A stretch of 62,822 nt of DNA, filler included, from Stramenopiles sp. TOSAG23-2 (taxonomy: Eukaryota), in assembly GCA_900128395.1 (NCBI GenBank). It is 7 parts of 7 records of this genome, joined end to end, with 100 filler letters (N's around TTAATTAATTAA, not from the genome) between each part and the next. Parts side by side here need not be neighbours in the genome. Positions count along the whole stretch, not along the records: positions 35,979 to 44,862 come from LT650153.1; positions 44,963 to 53,842 come from LT650154.1; positions 53,943 to 62,822 come from LT650155.1; 4 more parts are not named here. One strand, 5' to 3'. A model generated the notes under the pieces. It had not been told where the DNA came from. It did not search any database and was given only the letters and a program-made list of their open reading frames with translations. This document shows positions 44,101 through 54,532 of the stretch, in pieces (positions within the stretch are counted from its first letter, which is position 1; each line of letters begins with the position of its first letter). The position numbers and the translations under genes are program-made.

Positions 44101-44693
44101 CTATTTCTCGTTCTTTTGCTGTTGCGTTTACGTGAAGGCTGTCCCCTTGGCCTTTTGGGGCTCTTTCTGATGCTCCTCTTACTTTCAGATGATTTTTTCT
44201 TAGCGCTAGGTGATTTTGGCTTCGTTGGACTCTTCTTGTTGCTCCTGGGAGGCAATGTTGGGCAAGTCGGATCTCGACCTTCTTTTTGGCCATTCATGAG
44301 GTAGTGCTGTTGTGCTTTCTCGCAGTCACTTCCGAATACATCTCGAAGATCTTTGTATCGTGTCAGGTAGCACTCGCAGTTGAAGCCCGCCGGGAGTTGC
44401 GCCGTTGCAGTGGAAGTTGATTTTACCGTTTTCTTCCCTTTTCCATTATTCGTATTTGATTTTTTTGTCGCAGGAGCTTTTTTATTCGGTCGTTTTTTAG
44501 GCTTTGACTTGTTACGACTGCCTTTCTTTTTGTTCTTCCTCTTCTTCTCCAGCCGCTCGATAAAGCTCGCAACCATACCATTATTTTCTCCTTGGCCATC
44601 GTGTCGCCGAGACAACAAACGCCTTGCGCTGGTGGTAGACGCGCCGAATGCAAGTAACACCAAACATGTTATGATTAAACAGTGTTTTTGCAT
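41103..44693 (-). CDS. Secreted M43 (pappalysin/ulilysin-like) metzincin protease with a very long Lys-rich N-terminal region
   Basis: Signal peptide plus RRLL; GRVLAHEIGHVFGIQHTH; GDYCTDTPPE; Met-turn NVMSYG; CRFTPQQ; poly-K tract at ~43741-43930. Confidence 0.88.
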   Translation of the reverse strand: MQKHCLIITCLVLLAFGASTTSARRLLSRRHDGQGENNGMVASFIERLEKKRKNKKKGSRNKSKPKKRPNKKAPATKKSNTNNGKGKKTVKSTSTATAQLPAGFNCECYLTRYKDLRDVFGSDCEKAQQHYLMNGQKEGRDPTCPTLPPRSNKKSPTKPKSPSAKKKSSESKRSIRKSPKRPRGQPSRKRNSKRTRNSKGKGQTSGAKKKVTRNSKGKGQTSGAKKKVSKKKSKSKRSIRKSPKRPRRQPSRKRNSKRKKGKNIERKKKGKKRKKNKKKKRKKNKKKNKKKKKKKKKKKKKKKKKKKKKKKKEMKKKEDCTVLTKTREIKMLIADSSREECMSKCSSRQREGKPFRECLYGKEVLIKQSKQQRKRLIVRRKNKSKMKYPCQSHNDCTKYGLKGGQVGCYYLGKKRGVCKTNIRICKSTADCPKEHKCGNKRRRADGICIFQGKPHGKYKVELNVRSRLAAKKRKGEKAKSDHTSLDDYFAVPYIEEEDSDDLDTIEDGDADDVEEQVESKHTSSSQKPESETSDEDDTAESGEGADDTNQIKQMLDQRSGDGRERKNLPAEEHEIKTSDGDNIAESGEGTDDTNQIKQMLDRRSGDNGQRTSSPVTSTISGKRQVAGSVSKKRNHAPGTSQEKVKGVKYRNIRKRDFSFTQVFQKQKTSSTDFDATCKPQLSFPMKYNGLCSDPADRNRFKNSKPSGSINLFHVLISNEAGDILGDSLIPDIDGLLENSQARCSEIFERNMGITVGKFSVHTIVDNGLYNYYERHIESEVDYSFDAAREHYDEAKASFASEGVTGLMIFWNMNPYAGVANNPETNKKPRVWMSLKAFENKGSWTYPYAGRVLAHEIGHVFGIQHTHHIDRDVENCECTSFDEKFSSFDGMLGDYCTDTPPEPNMQGFSIVGLTFMDTQVEYVMDEDVNLGSGDAVDTGGSRDVDIDEEEKGEEEKGEEEKGQKKKKEKKEKKEKKEKKEKKRRGLLSQTLNEDDWNKPIDLKITDKLKEAVQKYMDDGTIPQVYLKHLIELERRFVEEKGFAGKIGMDIDYNGIQTTDSDNEVCYNHIKAVRHPGNTLMSLNVMSYGNGITFFDPTRCRFTPQQKNMFFCMASEIPELKRIFKTTTTTEDKSVLYEDCLTAAQKQFPEDSIVELRGSYFASHNLPNGCSHRRGSVVAYYSRAKNEDFDTDYEYVTG

Positions 44694-44862
44694 CTTCTAA
44701 AGAAGAACTAAATGCAGTTCCTCGTCACGTACAAAATATATAGTTGATGGTTTCAATTCTTCTTTCAATTTTCATCTTCGTTTGTTTTGACGTTCCTGGT
44801 ATTGCTGGTCAATTTGATATATATATATATATGCCGTGAGGATAGGCCCCTTCTTTCTCAGT

Positions 44863-44962
44863 NNNNNNNNNNNNNNNNNNNNNNNNNNNNNNNNNNNNNN
44901 NNNNNNTTAATTAATTAANNNNNNNNNNNNNNNNNNNNNNNNNNNNNNNNNNNNNNNNNNNN
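44863..44962. other. Artificial contig linker
   Basis: N44-TTAATTAATTAA-N44. Confidence 0.98.
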
Positions 44963-45717
44963 TAAATTATTTCCTTTGTATTAAACAAAGGAAGTGTTTT
45001 GTTGATTGAATTAGAGGATCTATAAGGATGACTCGTTCTCTTATTATACAATCTGTCTTTTTTTACTGTAAACTGTATAATATTAATAATGAAGTGTACA
45101 TCTGCTGATGTATAATATTTTGTATTATACCTGGTAGTATTATTTTATTTTATGTATTGTGCTATTATCTTACTTCCTTTTTTACCTGGTACTTCTATAT
45201 TAGCTCCTGTATTACCAAGATATATAATACGTGCATACCTGGCATACAATCATCTTTTTGGTGTGATGGTATGTGAATGCTAATTACCTCATTAAAAAAG
45301 ATAAATCCGACGGCACACTTTTTCTTAAAAGATACTCTCTGTACTGTAGTTACTGTAGACTAGTATATCTTCTCCTATTAAATATCTCATCAGCGCGATC
45401 ACATCAGCGATTTAGATTATTTATTGATGATGGATCTATGAACCTTTCACAAGCCTATCTCTGATTCACCTCTAATACTGGGTGTCCTGGCTGTAGCAGG
45501 CGAAGATATTATAAAGGGGATCGAGTAATTCCAGGAATTCACCTCTATCGTCCTACTATCTATGTGTGTCTAATCGTTCAATTAGTGTTGCTAATATTGA
45601 TATATAGATATTGTAGCTGGAGGTAGGTAAAACAAACAGACAACAAGATTAGGAAAAGTACCATTCTTTTTGCGGACAACAGTCACAACAGTACTTCTCA
45701 TTCTCAACAACTACAAT

Positions 45718-46788
45718 ATGTCGCTTGGTGAACCCAATAATGGACATTGGTATTCTGGTATGGAAAATTTTATCAACAGACCAACCCCAACTCAATTAAA
45801 AGATAAAGATTTATTGAAAAAGATATTACTGGCAGATACTACTAAATTCATGGTGATACATAGGAACGCTGACAAACGTCAAAGATTAGAAGTACTTTAT
45901 AATGAAAATAGAGTCAAATGGGTTTCTAGAAAATATTTAAATGATCAGTTACACCTTCCAATCAATGATACGGAACAGACAACGGGCGGTGGCTTAGTTT
46001 TATTAATTGGTAGTGGTAATAATAATAATAATAATGATAATAATAATAATGATAATAATAACGAAGTATGGTATTTAGCAGTTGAATCAACAAAAACAAT
46101 AAAAGAAGGATTAGTTGCGAATGATAAATTTATATCTGGAAGGGAATTAAATAATTACGCATTTGATCAATGTGAAGTTGCTTCATGTGGTTTTGTCATG
46201 GCATTGATGAAATGGCATCAAGGAGCAAAATTTAGTGGAAAATCTGGGAAGCCAACGAAAAGCATACAAGGTGGGAGTAGACGCGAAGCACCAGGACGAG
46301 GTGATCGTTTGTATCCACGCGTAGATCCTGCTGTTATTATGGCTGTATTATCTCCTGATAATGATAAATGTTTATTAGGGCAATATGCTGGTGGTTCGTT
46401 TTTTACGTGTCTAGCTGGTTTTGTTGAACAAGGTGAAAGTGTTGAAGAAGCATGTAGGCGTGAAACTATGGAAGAAAGTGGAATTCGTGTTGGTAAAGTA
46501 TTATTACATTCAACACAACCATGGCCAATTGGTAGAGCTGGTGCTTGTGAATTGATGATAGGTTGTATGGCACATGCTATATCCACTGATATTAATGTAG
46601 ATACTGATGAAATAGGGGATGCTAAATGGTTTACTCGAGATCAAGTGAAACAAATGATTGAACGGACCGATGCTGGTAATGCAAAACCTTCAAAAGAGCT
46701 ACCATTGATACCAGGTAAAAATGCAATGGCGTATCATCTTTTACGTTGTTTTGCTGAAGGGTTTACATTTAATAATTTCAAGTTGTAA
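45718..46788 (+). CDS. NADH pyrophosphatase / NAD-cap decapping Nudix hydrolase (NudC/NUDT12 family)
   Basis: YPRVDPAVI, Nudix box LAGFVEQGESVEEACRRETMEESGI, TQPWP signature, ELMIGC; first in-frame ATG at 45718. Confidence 0.92.
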   Translation: MSLGEPNNGHWYSGMENFINRPTPTQLKDKDLLKKILLADTTKFMVIHRNADKRQRLEVLYNENRVKWVSRKYLNDQLHLPINDTEQTTGGGLVLLIGSGNNNNNNDNNNNDNNNEVWYLAVESTKTIKEGLVANDKFISGRELNNYAFDQCEVASCGFVMALMKWHQGAKFSGKSGKPTKSIQGGSRREAPGRGDRLYPRVDPAVIMAVLSPDNDKCLLGQYAGGSFFTCLAGFVEQGESVEEACRRETMEESGIRVGKVLLHSTQPWPIGRAGACELMIGCMAHAISTDINVDTDEIGDAKWFTRDQVKQMIERTDAGNAKPSKELPLIPGKNAMAYHLLRCFAEGFTFNNFKL

Positions 46789-47088
46789 AAAATATATATA
46801 TGATATTGCAGTGTTAATAAAATTTTTACGAGTGCGTATCATAAAAAATACTTTTGGAAACGTGTCATATTTTTAAGTGTAGCGTGATATTTTTATCATG
46901 GAGACTTAAATGGGAACATATTAGTTGTGTGTTAACATACACAAATTATAAAATATACTACGCCTCGTAAAATTCGTACGTGCTTAATTTTTAATGATGA
47001 ATGTGTACACATATAATTTGTTTTTTTACTAGTATTGACTCACAAATATTATATGATATTTTCCTACTCTCCACAAAAGAATAATATT

Positions 47089-48111
47089 TTAATCCAATTT
47101 GGCAATTACATCAGCTGTACCGATACAACATCGTGTCACCAAACCTGCACATGTAAATACGCCACCAATAATTGCACATGCACTTGTTAAAAATTCCATA
47201 AACGATTTTCGTTCCTCCGTAAATTGTACCATGATTGGTGAAAAATCATATTTAAAGAATACACCAGGGTGTGGGAAACCACCCATAAAAATACCATTTG
47301 CTTGTGTCACTAATCTGACATGTTCCGTAAATGAAAATTGATTGGAGTATTTTTTTTTACCATATAACGGTTCATATTCAGTTGCAACAACTTTGATAAA
47401 ATATTGATATTGAGCAGTTTTTGCATTATTTGGTAACATTTTTGTTGTATTATCAAGTGGATAAATACCATCATTCGCCTGGTTGTTACTATTACTCAAT
47501 GCACTCTTTTTTTTATTACCAACAACATCATCTAAACGACCAAAATCAAGATGATGAATAATATGCGATGTATTAAAATGTGCTATATCTTTAAAACTAA
47601 ATTGATATTTTGGTGTATTTGATGTATGTGTAACACCTTTTTGACTGGCCATTAAATTTTTCCCTAGGGCAATATGAAAGTTACCAGCAACTTTTCGTAA
47701 TTTAAATGTGCCGCTAATGGAGCAACCAGGGGCATTTTTATTTAACAACTCTTGTGTCAAATATTTTTGTGGTTCTATTGCCTTATCAATTGGGTGTACA
47801 TACGGTATTTTTTCCATATTGTTATCTACATGTATATCATGGTGTCCACTTCTATCATCAATATCAATATTCACATTTTTACATTTCAATTGTAAAAAAG
47901 ACATGGATAAATTGGCTGATATAATTTGTTCCCCATACGCTGGATCAATGGTCATATGATCCGCAACACGTATTTCCTTGTATGCACCATATTCCGATAT
48001 AAACAAGAAAAACATAAAAATGGAACTAACAAGTGTTATTAAAGCACCTGTAGTTGTTTTTTGTTGTACCATTGAATCCGCTTTTGTATATACATCAAAA
48101 CTTTTAAACAT
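47089..48111 (-). CDS. ER-Golgi intermediate compartment protein (Erv41/Erv46/ERGIC family)
   Basis: FDVYTK...TTTGALIT, GC.ISG...RKVAGNFHI, FNTSHIIHHLDFG, YQYFIKVV, PGVFFKYDFSPI, CAIIGGVFT. Confidence 0.93.
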   Translation of the reverse strand: MFKSFDVYTKADSMVQQKTTTGALITLVSSIFMFFLFISEYGAYKEIRVADHMTIDPAYGEQIISANLSMSFLQLKCKNVNIDIDDRSGHHDIHVDNNMEKIPYVHPIDKAIEPQKYLTQELLNKNAPGCSISGTFKLRKVAGNFHIALGKNLMASQKGVTHTSNTPKYQFSFKDIAHFNTSHIIHHLDFGRLDDVVGNKKKSALSNSNNQANDGIYPLDNTTKMLPNNAKTAQYQYFIKVVATEYEPLYGKKKYSNQFSFTEHVRLVTQANGIFMGGFPHPGVFFKYDFSPIMVQFTEERKSFMEFLTSACAIIGGVFTCAGLVTRCCIGTADVIAKLD

Positions 48112-48131
48112 GATGATGGTTTGTTGTTATA

Positions 48132-48167
<36 letters not shown>

Positions 48168-48493
48168 ACGATATATATATAATCTACATATAAAATCTAT
48201 CTCGATATTGATTTTAATGTCTATACAGTATTATATATGACATTGTTGTATCCCATACTCTGTTTCCAAAGACTATATTTATTCATTTCTTATGTTGAAA
48301 TTAAAATGATCAACGGTGGTGAGGAATGTGTGTCTGGATGATAGGAGAAATACGTTACATTAGTATATTAAAAGTACAAAATAGACCAGGATTTATCCAT
48401 ATCCATACCTAATAAAATAACAAAATATATTATATAGAAAAAGAAGAAATTATACATGTCACTATACTCATCTCATAAGAGCTACAACTTGTA

Positions 48494-49732
48494 CTACATA
48501 ATCTTTGTTTCTTGAATTTGTTGGCATTTGCGATATGAATATGCAACAAAGATGATCATTAAAATAATCAATATTAAAAATGGCATACGCCATGATTGCT
48601 TTCCTAATTCATGTTCTTTTTGAACATGTGATAAATGATGCCCAGTCAATTCCTCTAAACGTTTCAATTGCTCCGTCATTTCTTCCTCTTGCGCCTCCAA
48701 TTTACCTATCATACTTGATAAATGTGCATTTAAACCTTTTACTTGATTTTCCAAATGGTATTTAATATCAGTGATTCTTTCTTGGTGTTCATCACCTTGT
48801 ACTTTCAATGCTTTTACAATACCAGTTTCCTTTACAATATTATTAATACCTTCCATTTCATCCTCTGTTGGCGCATCTGGATCCACTGCATGGGTGCTAT
48901 CTTCCCCAGATTTTGGTGCACGTTCACTACGGAAAGTTAATGAAAATATATCATGTTTATCTGTTAAATCACCTGTAGATGCAGTTAAACCAAAATAATA
49001 ACCACCAGCTGGTAAATATACGCCATTTACATCAACACAACGTGTCCACGTGTCTGAATTATGCAGATTCACATCAACAATTAATTTTGGTTTGGAATAA
49101 TGAATTCGCACCGTTGACAATTGCTGACTATTTGGTCCATCGCTATGGGAACGAAATAAACTATGACATGCTGGGATACCATGTTGTAAACCACCATCAC
49201 CATGTACATAACTTAACGTTCCATCATTCGTCATGACAGATATGTAAGGATGATTTTGACGATCACGATTGCCATTATCAAACGTATCAAAAAATACACC
49301 TAAACCAGTCCAATAATCCCTTGAACCAAATACAGGTCCATATTCATTTGCTTCACTTGTATACCAAAACGCAAAGCCATCGCCAAAAAAATCAACACCT
49401 GTACCATGTACTTTAAACTTAATAGTCACTTCCCACTCTTCCCCTAACGTACTCGCTGATATAGAGCTATGTGTCCACAATGAACCGTGTTGACTTTGTA
49501 GTTCTGGAGTCAAACGCAAAAAATCCTCTGATACAGTAGTGCTGCCTGACATAGTCCACATTTCATATAAACGTCCGTCATTATATGGTGTTTGATCTAA
49601 CGATAGTTCGTCATGTCGGTTCATCTCTCCAGCTTTTACTATGGATATTTGTTGACTAAACATGATGATAAGAAATATAGCAGTTAACATAATGTTGAAT
49701 GAATCATTTACATATTTTTTAAATATCATCAT
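48494..49732 (-). CDS. L-type lectin cargo receptor (VIP36/ERGIC-53 family)
   Basis: LRLTP...GSLW, GDGFAFWY, GPVFGS.D.W.GLGVFFDTFDN, YFGLTASTGDLTDKHDI; coiled coil, TM helix, short tail. Confidence 0.93.
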   Translation of the reverse strand: MMIFKKYVNDSFNIMLTAIFLIIMFSQQISIVKAGEMNRHDELSLDQTPYNDGRLYEMWTMSGSTTVSEDFLRLTPELQSQHGSLWTHSSISASTLGEEWEVTIKFKVHGTGVDFFGDGFAFWYTSEANEYGPVFGSRDYWTGLGVFFDTFDNGNRDRQNHPYISVMTNDGTLSYVHGDGGLQHGIPACHSLFRSHSDGPNSQQLSTVRIHYSKPKLIVDVNLHNSDTWTRCVDVNGVYLPAGGYYFGLTASTGDLTDKHDIFSLTFRSERAPKSGEDSTHAVDPDAPTEDEMEGINNIVKETGIVKALKVQGDEHQERITDIKYHLENQVKGLNAHLSSMIGKLEAQEEEMTEQLKRLEELTGHHLSHVQKEHELGKQSWRMPFLILIILMIIFVAYSYRKCQQIQETKIM

Positions 49733-50469
49733 GTTACCTATTGTTGTTATTATTATTATTATTATAATTATTCTTTACGATGGCCTATATATACTGTAAA
49801 ACCATCTGTTGCTGTGTACAATATTCTTTTTTTGAATATTATTAATGATAATACTTCATTTATAAATTATTAAAAATTCATCAACTTCTTCTTCTTTTAG
49901 CTCTATTCATTTTTTTTTTCCCATGTTGTGTTATTGTGTTGTATACAATGCCAGGAATGCCCATCAACAACTTAACTGATCCCCTACTATTACAAGAATC
50001 ATATATGATGGTATTATATTACTATACAGTATAATAATAGGTCACTTCGTAGTACCTAGACACTACAATATTCTTCCTCACACTTCCTATTACAACCCAA
50101 AACCTGCCAAAACACAGGACCCATCATCATAGTCGTCTACTCATAGTATCATTGCACCATTCGTTTCCATCCTCCATCATCTACTTGGCACTCCAGCACT
50201 CTCTGGCACTGGCACACTATAATACTGCACCACCACAAGAATCATCTATAGAGCTCTTAGCATGATGATGGAATCTATAGTCTAGACTATGGATGGTGCG
50301 ATGGAATTAATTCTAGATAGAATAGAGTAAAATCAATTATTTTATATATTATTAATCTAATTAACATCATCATCGTTCATCATCAGAAAAAAAAAAGTAT
50401 AATAGAATATACTTGTTTGTATGTAGATATTATACAACAGAGAAAAATTAAAAATTGATAACAGCAACA

Positions 50470-52359
50470 ATGAAAGAGAAAAAATTTAAAAAAAAGAAAA
50501 GCAAAAAGAAAAAAAAGAGAAAAAAAAGTAAGAAAGAAGAAAATGATGTAGTAATAGAGGACAATAATAATAATATAAATGATAATAATAGTGTTACAAA
50601 TGATATTGAAAATTCACTTGAGGATGATGCAAAGTTATGGTCAATTGATTCTCGTATTGTACATGGATTAAAACAAAATAATATTAAACGGTTTTTTACA
50701 ATTCAACGTAAATCGCTTCCATACATATTGCGTGGTGATGAAAATAGAACTGGAAAACATGAGGATGTATGTGTATCAGCACCAACTGGTAGTGGTAAAA
50801 CATTAATATTTGTCATATCAACATTACAAATGTTATTGGATAGGGTATTAACTAGGTTACGAGCATTGGTTGTCCTTCCATCAAGAGATTTAGCAATACA
50901 AGTAAAATCCGTTTTTGATTGGTTTTGTGATGATGCATCAGTCAATTATGTAGACAGAAAAAGTATAACAAAACTATCAGTTGGTCTAGTAGTAGGATTA
51001 AAACCTTTAAAAGATGAACAAAATGAAATTGTGAATATGGAAAAATGGAAATTATATAATAATAATAACGGCGGTGGTACAAAAAGTATGAATGGATTTA
51101 GTCGAGTAGATATATTAGTCTGTACACCAGGTCGTTTAATGGATCATGTACGGCATACACCAGGATTTACATTACAACATTTACGTGTATTAGTAGTAGA
51201 TGAAGCTGATCGTTTAATGGCACAATCATATCAAGGTTGGGTATCAAGTGTTTTAAATGCATCCCGAGGTGTTCAAAATATTTTACCTAGTCGTATTATA
51301 GATTGCAATAATAATAATAATAATAGTAATACAGAATATTATTTTGATTCATCTACATTACCAGAACGACAATATGATGGAACAGATTCCGAAAAAACAC
51401 TTCGTGTATTAAGTGGTCATTTACGTAAATTACTTTTTTCTGCAACATTAACAAATGAACCTGATAAAATGGTTGCAATGAATTTAGTAAATCCACGATT
51501 TATATCATTGCAACAGGTAAGCAAAAAAAATGCTATTAGTATTACTAATAATAACAATAACGATGGTGATGATGATAACAACAAAAATAATGATACAGTT
51601 GATAATGTAAAACATAACAAAAACAAGGAAAAAAATAATATGTATAAATTTCATGTACCAGATGGACTAACTGAACATGTTGCAATTAGTGAAAGTAGAG
51701 ATAAACCAATTGTTTTATTTCATTTATTAGAAGATTTAATATATAAAGCACAACGTACGTTAGTGTTTGTTTCATCTGTTGAATCAACCCATCGTCTATG
51801 TACACTAATGAAAATCATTGAAGAAAAATTTGATACTATAAAGTCTACGGCAACGGTTTTTGCTGAATATTCAAGTCGGTTATCACGTTCCAAACGTTCA
51901 TTCGTTTTACAACAATTTCGAGAAGCGAAATCATCCATTAATGTATTAATATGTTCAGATGCCATGGCACGTGGTCTTGATATTGAACTTGTTGATAATG
52001 TAATTAATTATGATTTGCCGATGCGTCCAGAAACATATATTCATCGTGTTGGCCGTGCTGCAAGAGCAGGTAGATCTGGTAACAGTTATACATTTTTAAA
52101 ACCATCACAAATGCAGGCATATAAGAAATTAATTGAAGATATTAAGTTGAATGAGAAATTAGAATATGAAATTGATTCAGAACGATTAGGTAATGCGATA
52201 CCAAAATATGCAAAAGCATTAAAAACTTTGAAAGATAGACTTGAAAATGGGTATACTGATGATGGAAACAATGGCAGTAATAGTAACAACAATGAAGGTA
52301 ATAATGATGTAAATTCACTGGTGAAAAAACGTAAATGGAATATAGATCTTAGTTTCTAA
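50470..52359 (+). CDS. DBP6: DEAD-box RNA helicase DBP6/DDX51
   Basis: DVCVSAPTGSGKT, LRALVVLPSRDLA, DILVCTPGRL.DH...GFTLQHL, DEADRL, LFSATLT, SDAMARGLD, YIHRVGRAARAG. Confidence 0.92.
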   Translation: MKEKKFKKKKSKKKKKRKKSKKEENDVVIEDNNNNINDNNSVTNDIENSLEDDAKLWSIDSRIVHGLKQNNIKRFFTIQRKSLPYILRGDENRTGKHEDVCVSAPTGSGKTLIFVISTLQMLLDRVLTRLRALVVLPSRDLAIQVKSVFDWFCDDASVNYVDRKSITKLSVGLVVGLKPLKDEQNEIVNMEKWKLYNNNNGGGTKSMNGFSRVDILVCTPGRLMDHVRHTPGFTLQHLRVLVVDEADRLMAQSYQGWVSSVLNASRGVQNILPSRIIDCNNNNNNSNTEYYFDSSTLPERQYDGTDSEKTLRVLSGHLRKLLFSATLTNEPDKMVAMNLVNPRFISLQQVSKKNAISITNNNNNDGDDDNNKNNDTVDNVKHNKNKEKNNMYKFHVPDGLTEHVAISESRDKPIVLFHLLEDLIYKAQRTLVFVSSVESTHRLCTLMKIIEEKFDTIKSTATVFAEYSSRLSRSKRSFVLQQFREAKSSINVLICSDAMARGLDIELVDNVINYDLPMRPETYIHRVGRAARAGRSGNSYTFLKPSQMQAYKKLIEDIKLNEKLEYEIDSERLGNAIPKYAKALKTLKDRLENGYTDDGNNGSNSNNNEGNNDVNSLVKKRKWNIDLSF

Positions 52360-52496
52360 AAAATATTTTTTTCATATACGAAGTAATAAAAAAAAAAATT
52401 ATACACGAACATGCAAAATTTTTTACGAAACAATATATATACACACACTTTTTTTTACTAGTTTCGTAGTATATCTTTTCATTTTTTTTAATTTTA

Positions 52497-53390
52497 TTAC
52501 GATTGAACAGTCTTCTGTTCGCATTTTCCATTATTGAAATCATCCACAAATGTTTGAACAAATTCTTTTGTAAAGTTTACTTCACTACCTTCACCAACGT
52601 TTGGTAAATAAAATTTTCCACCAGCAGCTAAATCAAGAATTGCTATTTTTGGTGTTTTATCGCTATCACTTAATGTATCTTCAGCTTTCGTTTCTAAATT
52701 TGGAAACCCTAATAACATGCGTACCCTTGAAGCTGGCCCACCACCTTTTGCAGTGAAAAATTTAGTAACTTTACTTTTTGGATCTGTTTTCTTCATTTCA
52801 CTGGTAGCTATCTCTGTTAAAAAGGTAGTAACATCAATTTTAACATTATCATCAGCACTTTCCATCATAACAATTAAGCTTTTTTCAGTTTGAATGCCAC
52901 TTAAATTAGCTGATATGTCGTTTACAGGTTTCGGGTGATATGGAAAATCTTCAAGAAAAGAGGGAGCGCTGATAGATGCTCGCCCTTCCGTAGTGATTAA
53001 TTTACCAGTTTTACCATCAATAAATATTAAGGCTGGAATCCCTCGTACTTTGTATTTTTCACTCAATGTTTCTTTTAACCTACTGTTGGAAAATGGTGAA
53101 GCAAGGAACGACATAGTTTTATGATATTCATTAAATGCATTTTGATCATGATCTGACGATAAGAATACCATTTCAACTTTTTTACCACTTTCTTTTAATT
53201 TTGTATATCTCTCACTAAGCTTTGGTGTAAAACCACGGCACGGGGGGCACCAATGCGCTGAAAAATATAGTCCAACTGCATCAACATTATTCAAAGCTTT
53301 ACTTGTTTCAATAGTACTTCCATCATTTTTCAATAATGTTTTGCCAAATATATTTTTTGGTGGTACATCATCATTTAATAATGAACTCAT
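52497..53390 (-). CDS. Nucleoredoxin/tryparedoxin-like thioredoxin
   Basis: VGLYFSAHWCPPCRGFTPKL, EMVFLSSD, YKVRGIPAL; second redox-inactive domain. Confidence 0.93.
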   Translation of the reverse strand: MSSLLNDDVPPKNIFGKTLLKNDGSTIETSKALNNVDAVGLYFSAHWCPPCRGFTPKLSERYTKLKESGKKVEMVFLSSDHDQNAFNEYHKTMSFLASPFSNSRLKETLSEKYKVRGIPALIFIDGKTGKLITTEGRASISAPSFLEDFPYHPKPVNDISANLSGIQTEKSLIVMMESADDNVKIDVTTFLTEIATSEMKKTDPKSKVTKFFTAKGGGPASRVRMLLGFPNLETKAEDTLSDSDKTPKIAILDLAAGGKFYLPNVGEGSEVNFTKEFVQTFVDDFNNGKCEQKTVQS

Positions 53391-53842
53391 CGTGTATGTG
53401 TGGTATTTTATACGTGTTTATCTATCTTTGGTATATATATGATCACACAGTCCCTCTCTCTCTATCTCTCTCTCTCTCTCTCATATATATATAAGCTTTA
53501 TGGATTTATTTTTAGATTATTGTTCGTGAAGAATAAGAACGACGAAGAGTAGTGCTAGCCAGCTTAGTCGTCTAGCACAGTGCTGGTGGAGAGTGCCTGG
53601 CCTTAGGCCTGGAGTGCGATACTAATACCTTAACCTGGTAAGCTCCATAAATATGTATGGTTTTTAATATATATATTAAAGAAGAAGAATAATAATGGTA
53701 TGTAAAAATATAAATAGAAACACTAGCTGTAGCTCCTCGAATAAAGAACCAAGTAACGTATAGTCTCTAAATTGAAACATCACCTTCTGATACAACATTT
53801 CTCATTTCCACAATATTTCGTATCATGAATGAACCACCGTTG

Positions 53843-53942
53843 NNNNNNNNNNNNNNNNNNNNNNNNNNNNNNNNNNNNNNNNNNNNTTAATTAATTAANN
53901 NNNNNNNNNNNNNNNNNNNNNNNNNNNNNNNNNNNNNNNNNN
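53843..53942. other. Artificial contig linker
   Basis: N44-TTAATTAATTAA-N44. Confidence 0.98.
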
Positions 53943-54532
53943 TGGGATAGAATTGAAATAATTTGCAAACACTTGTGGTTAAAAGTTTTGTACGTATGGA
54001 AGTAAATGTTTCGTATATTTACACATATATACGCGATGAACTTAGATATATATTAACAAGGTGTGAGGCGGTGCATTAACGAAGAAAAGAAAGAAGAAGA
54101 AAAAAATTATTAGGAGAATAAGAGTGATTGAAAGAAAAGAAAAAGAGAAGTATATTATATGTGTAGCGTGTGATAGTGTGTTTGTTTTAAAAATATACCA
54201 CACACGTATTTAAAAAAATTACACCACATAAATAAAGAACTTAAGTTTTTTGGTCTCTTATAAAAATATTAAAAAAATTGTACTCCGTAAACCTAATCAT
54301 AGTCATATCATAGTGTAATGACAAGTTCTCTAGACCATTCTAGTAAAAAACACCATGTACACACCTCGCGCTCCTTCAGTCACACACACCCAGGTACTTC
54401 TTGTAAAAAATATCAAACATACGCGATGCACTTGTTCCATTGTAACTCTTCACACTTCACACACACATTTATTAAAATCCTCACAGAGAGATCTGATTGG
54501 ACATCTCGGCGCAACCATTTTCACACATATCC

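Noticed and set aside
41730-44304. Long antisense ORFs with poly-Phe/poly-Leu
   Set aside because: Shadows of the Lys/Glu-rich protease on the opposite strand; the same applies to most short antisense ORFs in the track
49940-50330. GC-richer intergenic patches (also ~14390-14580, 25430-25700, 45470-45620, 53550-53645) as RNA genes
   Set aside because: No tRNA cloverleaf or rRNA/snRNA motif recognised; most lie upstream of genes and are probably promoters, but no shared motif could be supported
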